Part shown: positions 20,629 through 30,856 of the stretch, piece by piece
Layout: the number at the start of each line of letters is the position of its first letter
How positions within the stretch are numbered: position 1 is the stretch's first letter
Source: Calditrichia bacterium
GTDB lineage: Bacteria > Calditrichota > Calditrichia > JAJRVZ01
DNA: 64,000 nucleotides
Assembly: GCA_963796965.1 (NCBI GenBank)
Contig: CAWCNS010000009.1
Span: 640,001-704,000, forward strand
Direction of reading: 5' to 3'
Notes under the pieces: generated by a model
Told to the model about the DNA's origin: nothing
Database searches by the model: none
What the model saw: the letters and a program-made list of their open reading frames with translations, nothing else
Made by a program: the position numbers and the translations under genes

Positions 20629-21660
20629 TCACGGATTCAGAACCACCTTTATTAGCCCGGGTTCTTTTTTTTTCAATCGCTTAAACCACCCGGCACCTTC
20701 CGACAAGGGTGCTGTCATACTTAACAACACATCAACATTAACCAACCCTTTACTAATTAAATCAAGTACCTCCGGATACTCACCACAGATGGCATAGCTG
20801 CCTTGCAAACGTAACTGCCTTGTTACAACATCCTGAAGTGATAGGGTAATTTCCGGTGTAATATTCCCTATCAATGTTAGGATCCCACCTTTTCGTACAC
20901 ACTTCATACCCAGTTTAATTGTTTCGTTTATTCCGACTGCCTCGATTGCCGTATCAACACCACGGTTCCCCGTAATGTCAAAGATCTCTTTTCCTATATC
21001 AATTTGTTTGGGATTGAATACCCTCTTCCCCCCTAATTGTAAAGCCATGTTGAGACGAATTGGATCGACATCGGCTACAATTATATTCGAACATCCCTTA
21101 GATTTGAGCATCTGCACCACAAACAAACCGATCATTCCTGCTCCAATAACCAGGACGCGATCTCGTTCATTAAGCGGTGTTAATCGCACAGCATGTAGGG
21201 CTACGGCAGCCGGCTCGACCATTGCGGCCTGATTAAAGGACACATTATCGGGTATGCGATAAAGAATATGCTGAGGAATGACTACCAACTCGGCAAAAGC
21301 GCCTTCTCTGCGAAATTCATCACATGAGACACCCAAAACCTGGCGGTTATCACTAAGATTGTACATACCATTTTTTGTAAACCAGTCATTCTGAGGATAA
21401 ACCGTCGAATCAAACGTAACCCGATCCCCTCTTTTCCAATTTTTTACTTCCGACCCTATTTGCAGAATTTCCCCTGCAGCTTCATGCCCCATAATTAATG
21501 GCGGGATCCTTCTCCCTGTACTCCCGTCCAACCCATGAACATCGCTTCCACAAATGCCACATGACTTTACACGAATAAGAACTTCATCCTGATTTGGCCG
21601 TGGATCAGGAACATTCCTATAAACCAGATGATTATATTTTTCTAAAACCAGCGCTTTCAT
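20629..21660 (-). CDS. Zn-dependent medium-chain alcohol/polyol dehydrogenase (galactitol-1-P / sorbitol dehydrogenase-like)
   Basis: CGICGSD, GHE, VEP, GAGMIG. Confidence 0.9.
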   Translation of the reverse strand: MKALVLEKYNHLVYRNVPDPRPNQDEVLIRVKSCGICGSDVHGLDGSTGRRIPPLIMGHEAAGEILQIGSEVKNWKRGDRVTFDSTVYPQNDWFTKNGMYNLSDNRQVLGVSCDEFRREGAFAELVVIPQHILYRIPDNVSFNQAAMVEPAAVALHAVRLTPLNERDRVLVIGAGMIGLFVVQMLKSKGCSNIIVADVDPIRLNMALQLGGKRVFNPKQIDIGKEIFDITGNRGVDTAIEAVGINETIKLGMKCVRKGGILTLIGNITPEITLSLQDVVTRQLRLQGSYAICGEYPEVLDLISKGLVNVDVLLSMTAPLSEGAGWFKRLKKKEPGLIKVVLNP

Positions 21661-21705
21661 TAAATATCCATTTAATTCTTTTTTTCTCTGCTGTAGAATG
21701 TTTTA

Positions 21706-21783
21706 AACCATTAAGATCACAAAGTAGATATAGAGAACACAAAGAAAAAATACTATAAAACAACTTTGTGATCTTTGTGGTAA
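21706..21783. repeat. 9-nt periodic inverted-repeat element
   Basis: aaccattaagatcacaaag...gaacacaaag ... ctttgtgatctttgtggtaa. Confidence 0.65.
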
Positions 21784-21813
21784 TAAAAAAATCTCATTTC
21801 TCATAATTTCTGC

Positions 21814-23415
21814 TTATAGACGCAGGTGAATATCAGAAATTTTTACACCGCATTCCTCCGCCCACCTCATCCAATCTGAGTGCAATTCACGGGCTTTTTC
21901 AGGATTCTCATCAATCAAATTTTCTAATTCCGTGCGATCATTGGAAAGATTATATAGTTCCCAGGGTTCGTTACGTGCGCCCACTAATTTCCAATCACCT
22001 TTTCTGATCCCGACGCTCCCGATATGTTCCCAAAATAATATATCATGCTTTTTTCTTGTTTTTCCCTCAAAAATCGGAAATAATGATTTACCAGTTGCAG
22101 AGATAATCTGATTATTATTATAAGCAGTAGGATATTGGGTACCGGAGACATCACATAAAGTGGCCATAATATCAATGATATGGCCGGGCTGATGGCTGAT
22201 AGTACCTTTGTCCTTTATTACCCTTGGCCAGGAAGCGATCATCGGTGTCGTAGTACCCCCTTCATGGGTATACTGTTTGTATTTACGGAAGGGTGTATTG
22301 CCGGCATTGGCCCAAGCCAAACCATAATTATGAAAACCATCCTTGCCTCCCGGAGGCACTCCATTGCCCCAGAAATCCATCCCAAAAACTCCGCCTTCTG
22401 CACAGGCCCCATTATCAGAGAGAAACATAATCAATGTATTATCTAATTCATCCATTTGTTTTAGTTTCGCCAGTACTTTTCCTACACCCCGGTCCATGGA
22501 TTCCATCTGCGCCGCATAGACAGCCATTTTAAGATCCATTTCATCTTTTTTCTCGTTGCTTAATGACTCCCAGGCAGGTGCAATGGGATCTCGGGGAGAT
22601 AAGTCAGGCAGGTTATCACCAAATAATCTTAGTTCTTTCTGTTTTTTGTAACGACGTTCGCGAAGTTCATCCCAGCCAATCATATATTTTCCACGATACC
22701 TGGCAATATCCTCCGGCCAGGCATGCAGGGGCCAATGGGGTGCCGTATAGGCTAAATAGAAAAAGAACGGTTGTGACTTCTTAACCCTATTCTCGAGCAT
22801 TCTAACAGCCTCATCCGTGATAGCATCAGTTATATACCAACCCTCTGTGGGAGGCATATACTTTTTATTACCTTTGGCAAAATGTCGAATCACTCCCGGT
22901 TTTTTTGTTTTGCGTATATCAAAATAATTTGCTCCACCACTTATCAACCCGTAATAGTCATCAAACCCACGGTCCATGGGCCATTGTGGATGCTCTTCGC
23001 CCACATGCCATTTTCCAGACATCAGGGTCGTGTACCCGGCAGTTTTCAAAACTTCGGCGAGGGTAACACACTTATTATTCAAAAATCCCTGGTAGGGCCC
23101 AGGTTCCACATTAGCAATATCATGTTTTATCATCGCCCCCATACCGGCTTGATGGGCATATAAACCTGTTAAGAGAGAGGCGCGGGTCGGACAGCAACGA
23201 GCCCCGTTGTAAAAATTTGTGAATCGCAGACCATTCTGGGCAAGTTTATCAATATTAGGTGTGCTAATTTCACTACCATAGCAGCCCAAATCGGAAAAAC
23301 CCATATCATCGACAAGGATGATGACAATATTGGGTTGCTCTGCTTCTGATGAAGTACATCCAAAACAAACCAATGCAATAAGTAACACCGCAATAATTGT
23401 TTTTCTGATATTCAT
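21814..23415 (-). CDS. Arylsulfatase (formylglycine-dependent, Cys type), lipoprotein
   Basis: PNIVIILVDDMG, CCPTRASLLTG, GKWH, APHWP, SDNG; true start MNIRK at 23415 (the longer track start reads into a repeat); lipobox CFGC. Confidence 0.92.
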   Translation of the reverse strand: MNIRKTIIAVLLIALVCFGCTSSEAEQPNIVIILVDDMGFSDLGCYGSEISTPNIDKLAQNGLRFTNFYNGARCCPTRASLLTGLYAHQAGMGAMIKHDIANVEPGPYQGFLNNKCVTLAEVLKTAGYTTLMSGKWHVGEEHPQWPMDRGFDDYYGLISGGANYFDIRKTKKPGVIRHFAKGNKKYMPPTEGWYITDAITDEAVRMLENRVKKSQPFFFYLAYTAPHWPLHAWPEDIARYRGKYMIGWDELRERRYKKQKELRLFGDNLPDLSPRDPIAPAWESLSNEKKDEMDLKMAVYAAQMESMDRGVGKVLAKLKQMDELDNTLIMFLSDNGACAEGGVFGMDFWGNGVPPGGKDGFHNYGLAWANAGNTPFRKYKQYTHEGGTTTPMIASWPRVIKDKGTISHQPGHIIDIMATLCDVSGTQYPTAYNNNQIISATGKSLFPIFEGKTRKKHDILFWEHIGSVGIRKGDWKLVGARNEPWELYNLSNDRTELENLIDENPEKARELHSDWMRWAEECGVKISDIHLRL

Positions 23416-23439
23416 ATCTGCACCCGTTATATCCTTATT

Positions 23440-23528
23440 CACCGCAAAGGACACAAAGAACACAAAGAACACAAAATATTTTAATAATATTTTGTGTTCT
23501 TTGTGTATTCTTTGTGTCCTTAGTGTTT
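23440..23528. repeat. Near-perfect inverted repeat built from CACAAAGAA 9-mers
   Basis: caccgcaaaggacacaaagaacacaaagaacacaaaatatt-ttaat-aatattttgtgttctttgtgtattctttgtgtccttagtg. Confidence 0.85.
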
Positions 23529-23562
23529 AAAAAGTCCTGGTCTTTTAAATAATTCTTTCTAT

Positions 23563-24954
23563 CTAATTCCCAACTTTAATTTTGATGTTTTTAAAAAACA
23601 CCTGATCACCATGGTCCTGTAGCAGAATATGACCCTGTTCCGCCTCACCAAAATTTGGCCAAACGTGATATTTACTACGTGAAACCAATGCCCGCCAGGT
23701 TTGGGTCCTTCGTTCATACTCAATCACTTTAATACCATTTAGGTAATGTTCAACCTTATTTCCCTTAACCACAATCCGGGCCCGGTTCCACTGATATTTA
23801 TTAATCCGTTTTGGTTGCTCGTGGGGTGCATAAAATTGGGCGTTTGCAGGAATCAGATCATATAGCGATGCTAAAGTTCGGTTTCCGGCTGTTCCCTGCT
23901 TTGCATCAGGATGAAATTCATCATCGAGAATCTGAAATTCACAGCCGATGGCAGATCCCTTCCCTTTATTCAAATTTGGATCAACAAAATATTTGATGCC
24001 TGAATTTGCACCTTTTGTAAACTTAAAATCTAATTCAAGAAGAAAATTTTTGAATGTATTTACCGTTATAATGTCGCCCCCATGGGCGGACTCTGCTCCA
24101 CCCGATTCTTCAACAGACAAAACACCATCTTCAATTTTCCAGCCTTTTTCAGGGAATTGATCTGCTTTGGCAGAACGCCATCCTTTTGTGGTTTTCCCAT
24201 CCCACAATAATTGCCAGTTTTCTTTTTTCTCACGGTCACTGAGTTGATTGGTTAGATAACTTACCTGGGCAATTCTAGTATTAATTGGCGATTTTTCTTT
24301 GTCTAATCCTTCGGTCAGAATTCGGATATTTTTAAAACGAACCTTTTTGCCAACCAACTCTTTCTTTTTACCAATACCATGGACCTGCAAGGCAATAAAT
24401 CCCTCCGCCGTAAGATCATCAATGAGATCTGCTGTCTGGATTCCATTTAGCCAAACACGGATATTATTTCCGATTGCCTCGACTCTGAATTTATTCCATT
24501 CCTCATTCTTATATGCTTTTCGTGCCGGTGGGTTATATTCAAGATGGTAAAGCCAACCTCTTCGCGCTTCATCATAGATACCACCAGTCCAGGCACGGGA
24601 AGATGGATCCAATTCTACTTGATAGCCATGTACACGTCCATTCTGGTAATCTGGTGTGCTAAGACTTCGTATTTGTACACCAGAATTCAGACCATCATCA
24701 AGTTTTACTTCATATTCGAGTATAAAATTTGCATAGGTCTTTTTAGTTACTAAAAAAGAGTTTGGTGTGTTCATCTTACTTATACCAACGATTATGTTAT
24801 CTTCGATTTCATATTCTGCCGTTCCATTAAGAATTTCCCAGTTATCCAAATCTTTACCATTGAACAGATTCGTCCAATTTTGCGCTTGAAGATTTGGATA
24901 TAGTAATAAAATAACGGTACTATAAAGGATAATTGTTTTGACTATCATATTCAT
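23563..24954 (-). CDS. Tandem DUF1080 protein (3-keto-glycoside lyase/hydrolase family), secreted
   Basis: Two repeats of WxxLFNG/WDG...NSG(V/I)...(Y/F)Q...WN...LQ(V/D)HG...FKNI; signal peptide; SD AAGGAG. Confidence 0.9.
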   Translation of the reverse strand: MNMIVKTIILYSTVILLLYPNLQAQNWTNLFNGKDLDNWEILNGTAEYEIEDNIIVGISKMNTPNSFLVTKKTYANFILEYEVKLDDGLNSGVQIRSLSTPDYQNGRVHGYQVELDPSSRAWTGGIYDEARRGWLYHLEYNPPARKAYKNEEWNKFRVEAIGNNIRVWLNGIQTADLIDDLTAEGFIALQVHGIGKKKELVGKKVRFKNIRILTEGLDKEKSPINTRIAQVSYLTNQLSDREKKENWQLLWDGKTTKGWRSAKADQFPEKGWKIEDGVLSVEESGGAESAHGGDIITVNTFKNFLLELDFKFTKGANSGIKYFVDPNLNKGKGSAIGCEFQILDDEFHPDAKQGTAGNRTLASLYDLIPANAQFYAPHEQPKRINKYQWNRARIVVKGNKVEHYLNGIKVIEYERRTQTWRALVSRSKYHVWPNFGEAEQGHILLQDHGDQVFFKNIKIKVGN

Positions 24955-24983
24955 ACTCCTTCTTTAAATTAAGAAATTTTTTA

Positions 24984-25056
24984 AAGCCAGAGAGGATCAT
25001 TCAAAATCTTATAAGATCTTTATATCACTTTACTTACTTCGTGCTCTCTGTGGTTA
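24984..25056. repeat. Degenerate 9-nt periodic inverted-repeat element
   Basis: aagccagagagga ... cttcgtgctctctgtggtta. Confidence 0.45.
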
Positions 25057-25164
25057 ATATAATTATTTGTTACAATACTTTTCTTAGAAATATTTACAGA
25101 TTTCTGCTCCTTCAGCTGCTGCTGCAACACCCGTTTCATTGAATTAATTAAAATATTCTTTTTA

Positions 25165-25200
25165 TGTAATTAGTAATTTTATTACAAATTACTAATTACA
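25165..25200. repeat. Perfect 15-bp inverted repeat with 7-nt periodicity (possible terminator of the FAH gene)
   Basis: TGTAATTAGTAATTT-tattac-AAATTACTAATTACA. Confidence 0.75.
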
Positions 25201-25236
25201 TTTTCAGGTATATGCTCAGAAATGAGCAATAGTCAC

Positions 25237-25950
25237 TTATATTTCCTCCTGCACCGGATTTTTAAGAATCCCTATATTTTCAATTTCAACTTCTACTACG
25301 TCTCCATCTTTAATTGCTCCCACGCCTGCGGGGGTTCCTGTAGTAATAAGATCACCCTCCTCTAAAGTGAAATTTTTTGAAATAAAGGCAATGATATCTG
25401 GAATTTTGAAGATCATATGTTTTGTATTGGAATTTTGAACAACTTTGCCATTCAAGCGGCATTTAATATCTAAATTTTGAGCATCGCCAATATCTTCGGT
25501 TAAAACTAAACACGGGCCAACCGGGCCAAATGTATCAAAGGATTTTCCGCGGAACCAACCTGACGTTTCTGCATTTTGTAGATTACGCTGGCTAATATCA
25601 TTCATACAGGTAAATCCATAGATATAGTCAAAGGCCTTCTCCTTTGAAACATTTTTACAACGCTGGTTGATGACAAAGGCCAACTCCGCTTCGTAATCGG
25701 TCCTTAGTATTTCAAATTCATATTCTTCTAATAACGCTGGCAGAACAATGGCTTCTTCCGGCCCAACAAGAACATTTGGAATCTTTGAAAATAAAATTGG
25801 TTCTTTTGGAACATCCTTGTTAATACTTTTTACATTTAGCGACAGGGATTCCTGAATATGTGCATGGTAATTCAATCCGAGGGCTAAAATTTTTGAAGGG
25901 TTTAATTCATAAAATTTTTCGTGGTTTTTAATTGGTAATTTTATTGACAT
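25237..25950 (-). CDS. Fumarylacetoacetate hydrolase-family protein
   Basis: GLNYHAH, DYEAEL, NDISQR, GKSFDTF, TGTPAGVG. Confidence 0.93.
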   Translation of the reverse strand: MSIKLPIKNHEKFYELNPSKILALGLNYHAHIQESLSLNVKSINKDVPKEPILFSKIPNVLVGPEEAIVLPALLEEYEFEILRTDYEAELAFVINQRCKNVSKEKAFDYIYGFTCMNDISQRNLQNAETSGWFRGKSFDTFGPVGPCLVLTEDIGDAQNLDIKCRLNGKVVQNSNTKHMIFKIPDIIAFISKNFTLEEGDLITTGTPAGVGAIKDGDVVEVEIENIGILKNPVQEEI

Positions 25951-26042
25951 CGTAAAACGGTCTCCTTAAAGCACAATATGGGATTTTTAAATTTATCCGT
26001 TATTTATGAATGGTAAACCTTCTCTCAAATTCTAAAAAATTT

Positions 26043-26081
26043 AATTCGTGAAATTCGCTAAAATTAGGGTGATCCGTGGAT
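26043..26081. repeat. 9/10-nt periodic repeat arm
   Basis: aattcgtgaaattcgctaaaattagggtgatccgtgga, similar to the right arm at 4022-4050. Confidence 0.5.
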
Positions 26082-26087
26082 ACTCTT

Positions 26088-27770
26088 TTAAAACACGCCC
26101 GGTACAAGCATATAGATCAGAAGCATACCAGTTATACCCACAACCAGACCATAAAGCGTCATCGGTATCAGGTTCCGCCTGATTAGAATTCCTTCAACTC
26201 CGACTAATCCAACTGTCGCACAGGCAGCTATCACATTATGCACACAGATCATGTTTCCAAATGCCCCCCCCACATTTTGCATAGCAACGATAATACTATG
26301 GGAAATCTGCAGCTGATCGGCGATCGAATATTGAAATAAGGAAAACATCATATTAGAAACTGTGTTGGAACCAGCCATAAAAGCTCCGAGGGCACCAACA
26401 AAAGGTGACACCAGAGGCCAGGCTCCCTGAACGACATCTGTAATAAATTGAGCCATGATGATCGGCATGCTGGCCAGATCGATGGCGTTTTGTCCGGATT
26501 GCATCATCACCCTTACCATCGGTACAGCAAAAACCAATGCAATTGCCGGCCCAACCATACGTTTTATTGCATCTCTCCAGGCTGTTGATATCTGTCTTTT
26601 ATTCATTTTATATATCGGGATGCTTAAGAGTGCAATAAGCATAAAAGGTAGAACACCGGGATTATATAGAATTGGAAATGTATTTTTAATACCGGTACCT
26701 AATAAATTTTCGTAGCTGATTGACACGCTCTTTACCATATCAAGAAAGGGGAGTTGCTTGATTCGTGTTAGAATTAATAAAACGCCAATTAGAATATAGG
26801 GGATCCAGGATTTAAATACGGAAATGTGAGAGCCATCATGGTGATCACCAGCAGAGATGGAGCCAACCCAGTTTTCTTCCCACTTACTTTTATCCGGGAA
26901 GTCCCATTTATCTTTTGGAACCAAAAACCCGGCTTTAGTTGCAGGAATGATTATAACCAGACCAATGAGAGCTCCCAGGATACATGGGAATTCCGGACCT
27001 AACAGCCAGGCTACCAACAGATAGGGGACAATAAAAACCAATCCGGCAAATATTGCATACGGCCAAACAGATAATCCTTCTGAAAAACTTCGCTTCTCAC
27101 CAAAAAATCTTGTCATCATTGCAACCATGATAAGGGGAATAAAGACACCCATAATTGAATGCTGAACAGCCGTCCAGAATCCAACATCATGTATAAATTC
27201 GGGATAGGTCATCCCCAGCGTAGAGATGACGTTTACGACTTCTGGTATTTCAAGTGTGCTTCCAATACCAATCAAGGTCGGCGTTCCAACAGAACCGAAT
27301 GAGACACAGGTGCTATTTGCAATCAAGGCAACCATCACCGCCGCCAGGGCTGGAAATCCTAATGATAATAATAAGGGAGCCATTAATGCAGCCGGTGTAC
27401 CAAATCCTGCCGATCCTTCGATAAAGGCGCCAAAAAACCAGGCGATAATAATTGCCTGGACGCGTTTATCCTCTGAAATTCCCATAAAACCACGGTTGAT
27501 GGCCGCCATCGCTCCGCTTTCACGGAGTGTGAATAACAGAACAAGGGCGCCAAATACTATAATAAGTATCTGCAGAGCCAAAACAGCACCATTTAAACTC
27601 GATGCCACAATCCACTCTCCCGGCGTTTGCCAAACCCACAGAGCAAGAATAACCGCTAATATCCAGGAGACAGGCATTGCTTTAGTTGCTGGCCAACGTA
27701 ATAATACCATTAATACAAAAATCACCAAAATGGGAATAAACGCTAATAGAGCTAATAGTCCTAATGACAT
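26088..27770 (-). CDS. lctP: L-lactate permease (LctP family)
   Basis: Polytopic membrane protein; [38 protein letters not shown]. Confidence 0.9.
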   Translation of the reverse strand: MSLGLLALLAFIPILVIFVLMVLLRWPATKAMPVSWILAVILALWVWQTPGEWIVASSLNGAVLALQILIIVFGALVLLFTLRESGAMAAINRGFMGISEDKRVQAIIIAWFFGAFIEGSAGFGTPAALMAPLLLSLGFPALAAVMVALIANSTCVSFGSVGTPTLIGIGSTLEIPEVVNVISTLGMTYPEFIHDVGFWTAVQHSIMGVFIPLIMVAMMTRFFGEKRSFSEGLSVWPYAIFAGLVFIVPYLLVAWLLGPEFPCILGALIGLVIIIPATKAGFLVPKDKWDFPDKSKWEENWVGSISAGDHHDGSHISVFKSWIPYILIGVLLILTRIKQLPFLDMVKSVSISYENLLGTGIKNTFPILYNPGVLPFMLIALLSIPIYKMNKRQISTAWRDAIKRMVGPAIALVFAVPMVRVMMQSGQNAIDLASMPIIMAQFITDVVQGAWPLVSPFVGALGAFMAGSNTVSNMMFSLFQYSIADQLQISHSIIVAMQNVGGAFGNMICVHNVIAACATVGLVGVEGILIRRNLIPMTLYGLVVGITGMLLIYMLVPGVF

Positions 27771-28136
27771 ACTATTTCCTATCCGGTTTTAAGGTTTTCT
27801 TTATTTCTAGATTTATTTAGGCTCTGGAAACTTGAGATTAAGGTGTAGATATTTATAATTAACTTAAATCAATTAAATTGTATCTAATGATTAAAAACAG
27901 ATAGTAATTCAAATCCCAATAGCTGGACTATCTGCTTCTTCATAAAATCCTATATTTGACATTTTCACTGCTTCTATTATGTTCTTTTTATTCATTTCAT
28001 TCGAATGCACAATCGTATTAGATATTATCATATTATATATACAAAAAGCATTTTGTTTGACTAAATTTATTATATTTAATTTTATCTGCTAAAATAATAA
28101 CTAATTTCGATAAATCCATCAAAATCTGAGGACAAA

Positions 28137-29531
28137 ATGAAAAATTTCCGCTCAACATCGCGCAGAGAATTTATTAAAACCTCATCCGCTGCTGCAATTG
28201 GGGCTGGGCTCCTGGGATCAACCATTCCCGGTTCAGTACTTGGAGCCAATGACAAAATACGAGTCGGATTTATTGGTGTCGGTAACCGGGGTTCCCAGTT
28301 GTTACATAGCTTTATGTTAAACCAAGATGTTGAAATCGCTGCTTTTTGTGACGTTTATGAGCCCTATACATCAAGAGATCTTTCATCTGTTCATGAACGG
28401 TATCGTAAGATTGGAAGAATTCCCAAGATGGGAGAATCATTTCCCAACAAGGTACAAAAATTCAAGGATTTTAGGAAATTACTTGAACAAAAGGACATAG
28501 ATGCTGTGTGCATCGCTACGCCTGACCACTGGCATGCCATCCAAATGATCCAGGCTGTTGACGCCGGTAAGGATGTCTATGTTGAAAAGCCCCTTACTAT
28601 TACACTCCATGAAGGTCGTCGAATGGTGGAGGCGCAGAAGCGGACAAATCGTGTCGTACAGGTTGGATTAAACCGCCGGGGTTCTTCCATATATCAAAAA
28701 CTGTCAAAAGAAATTCCAAAGGGAAAAATTGGCAAAATACTAACTGCTCAGGCCTATCGGATCAGTAATATGTATCCCGATGGAATTGGCCGGCTAAAAC
28801 CTGAAGCGCCGCCAAATGATTTTGATTGGGATATGTGGGTCGGTCCGCGTCCGTTCAGAGAGTATCAATATAATATTGCTCCCTACTTTTTCCGCTGGTG
28901 GAGCGCCTTTTCTTCACAGATGGGTAATTGGGGGGTTCATTATATGGATGCCATCCGCTGGATGACCGGGGAAACAGCACCATCCGCCATCAATGCCCAG
29001 GGGGGGAAATATTTGGTGAATGATGACAGGGATATTCCGGATACAATGGAAGTAACCTTTGAATTTGATTCTGGTATGATGATTCGCTTCTCAATCTATG
29101 AGGGAACATCTGGTGTTGGCATTAAAGGTGGTGAGATTGAAATGCGTGGCTCAAAAGGAACTTTGGTTGTCGATCAGAATGGTTATAGAATAACCCCTGC
29201 CAAACAGGGACAATTTCAAACCTGGGATTCATTAATGGAACCTGAAGAAGACTCCATGAAAGGCAAACAAAAACATGGCGATTTAGCCATAAGCGAGGAT
29301 TCTACAGCACACCTGATCCGAAACTTTCTCGATTGTGTTAAGTCCAGGAAAACACCCTGGTGTACCTTAGAAGACGGGCACCGATCTACCTCATTTGCCC
29401 ATTTAGCAAATATATCCTTGGCCATTGGGCAAAGAATTGAATGGGATCCAGTAAGGGAAAAAGTGACCAATATTGATAAAGCAAATGAGTTGATGCATTA
29501 TGAATATCGCCAACCATGGAAACTGGGCTAA
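28137..29531 (+). CDS. Tat-exported Gfo/Idh/MocA oxidoreductase
   Basis: SRREFIK; IGVGNRG; ATPDHWH; YVEKP; DWDMWVGP; NWGVHYMD. Confidence 0.92.
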   Translation: MKNFRSTSRREFIKTSSAAAIGAGLLGSTIPGSVLGANDKIRVGFIGVGNRGSQLLHSFMLNQDVEIAAFCDVYEPYTSRDLSSVHERYRKIGRIPKMGESFPNKVQKFKDFRKLLEQKDIDAVCIATPDHWHAIQMIQAVDAGKDVYVEKPLTITLHEGRRMVEAQKRTNRVVQVGLNRRGSSIYQKLSKEIPKGKIGKILTAQAYRISNMYPDGIGRLKPEAPPNDFDWDMWVGPRPFREYQYNIAPYFFRWWSAFSSQMGNWGVHYMDAIRWMTGETAPSAINAQGGKYLVNDDRDIPDTMEVTFEFDSGMMIRFSIYEGTSGVGIKGGEIEMRGSKGTLVVDQNGYRITPAKQGQFQTWDSLMEPEEDSMKGKQKHGDLAISEDSTAHLIRNFLDCVKSRKTPWCTLEDGHRSTSFAHLANISLAIGQRIEWDPVREKVTNIDKANELMHYEYRQPWKLG

Positions 29532-29632
29532 GCGGGTTTTTGTATAAAAGAAAAATAAACGATCGTGTAACCGAGGTTTAATAATTAAGGACATATAAAC
29601 AAGCAAAAGGTTTTGAATCATATTAAAATATA

Positions 29633-29750
29633 TCCACATAATAATACAGAAAGACACGGAATTATTTTTGATAACAGTAAATAAAGATTTTTACAATTTT
29701 GGCCATTTATCTCGATTTCTGCTGTGAAACTCTGTGCCTCTCTGTGGTAA
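29633..29750. repeat. 9-nt periodic inverted-repeat element
   Basis: tccacataataatacagaaagacacgga ... ctgtgaaactctgtgcctctctgtggtaa. Confidence 0.55.
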
Positions 29751-29822
29751 AAAACTATAGTTCTAACTGCCCTCTCATGGATAAATCTATATTCAAACAA
29801 ATAATTTTGAAGAAAGAATGTT

Positions 29823-30782
29823 ATGTATACATCCAAACCCATTGATCGTCGTAAATTCATTACAACTATGGCCGCTGCTGGAATAGCTATCCCCTTTACA
29901 AAACTTTCCGGAAGAAATTTATCGCTTTTACCTGATAAAAAGGGCCATCCCATTTGTGTGTTTTCAAAACATCTTCAATTTCTCCCTGATTATCAATCAA
30001 TGGCAGAAGTTGCGGCTGAGATAGGATTCGATGGAATCGATCTAACGGTTCGTCCTGGTGGACATGTTTTACCAGAAAATGTTCAGAAGGATCTCCCCAG
30101 GGCGGTATCTGCTTTAAAAAAAGCCGGATTAGAAGTTCCAATGATGGTGACAAAAATAATTGATCCTGATGATCCGCTGACTGAACCCATCCTAGAGACT
30201 GCCAGGACTCAGGGTATCGGTTACTATAGAATGGGATATTTTAAACATGAGAAAAACACGACAGTGCTTCAATCTCTTGAAACAGTAAAATCCTCATTTG
30301 ACAAACTGGCACGACTAAATGAAAAATATAATATTGTTGGGATGTATCAGAATCATTCTGGGAACAGATTTGGCTCGCCACTATGGGATCTGTGGGAAGT
30401 ACTAAAAGATTTTGATCCAAAATGGATGGGTTGTCAATATGATATCCGCCATGCAATAGTTGAGGGAGCTAATTCCTGGCCACAAGCTATGGAATTGTTA
30501 AAACCCTATATTAAAACAACAGCTATTAAAGATTTTTACTGGAAGAAAGAAAACAAAAAGTGGAAAATTCAAAATTGTTCTCTTGGTACCGGTATGGTTG
30601 ATTTTAAGCAATATTTTGAATTTTATAAAAAATTAGGTGTTTCTGGTCCTGTATCCATGCATTTTGAATACAAACATTATGACAAATCGGATCCTCTTGA
30701 AGGAAAACGTAAAAATACAATTGAAATCATGAAGGAAGATCTAACCACATTGCAAACTATGCTTAAAAAATTCAATATCTAA
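29823..30782 (+). CDS. Tat-exported sugar phosphate isomerase/epimerase (AP endonuclease 2 TIM barrel)
   Basis: DRRKFI; FSKHLQ; GFDGIDLTVRPGGHV; QNH; YDIRH; IKDF; HFEY. Confidence 0.88.
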   Translation: MYTSKPIDRRKFITTMAAAGIAIPFTKLSGRNLSLLPDKKGHPICVFSKHLQFLPDYQSMAEVAAEIGFDGIDLTVRPGGHVLPENVQKDLPRAVSALKKAGLEVPMMVTKIIDPDDPLTEPILETARTQGIGYYRMGYFKHEKNTTVLQSLETVKSSFDKLARLNEKYNIVGMYQNHSGNRFGSPLWDLWEVLKDFDPKWMGCQYDIRHAIVEGANSWPQAMELLKPYIKTTAIKDFYWKKENKKWKIQNCSLGTGMVDFKQYFEFYKKLGVSGPVSMHFEYKHYDKSDPLEGKRKNTIEIMKEDLTTLQTMLKKFNI

Positions 30783-30856
30783 CACTTAACAATCAAATCT
30801 ATTTCTTAACGGTTGTACCTCTTTTAGAGGTTGGTGCTATTAAAGGAATATAAAAT

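Noticed and set aside
23416..23472. N-terminal extension MFFVFFVSFAV of the sulfatase
   Set aside because: It is the translated 9-mer repeat; the signal peptide starts at 23415.
23440..23528. CRISPR array
   Set aside because: Units are 9 nt, inverted, with no unique spacers and no cas genes in the window.
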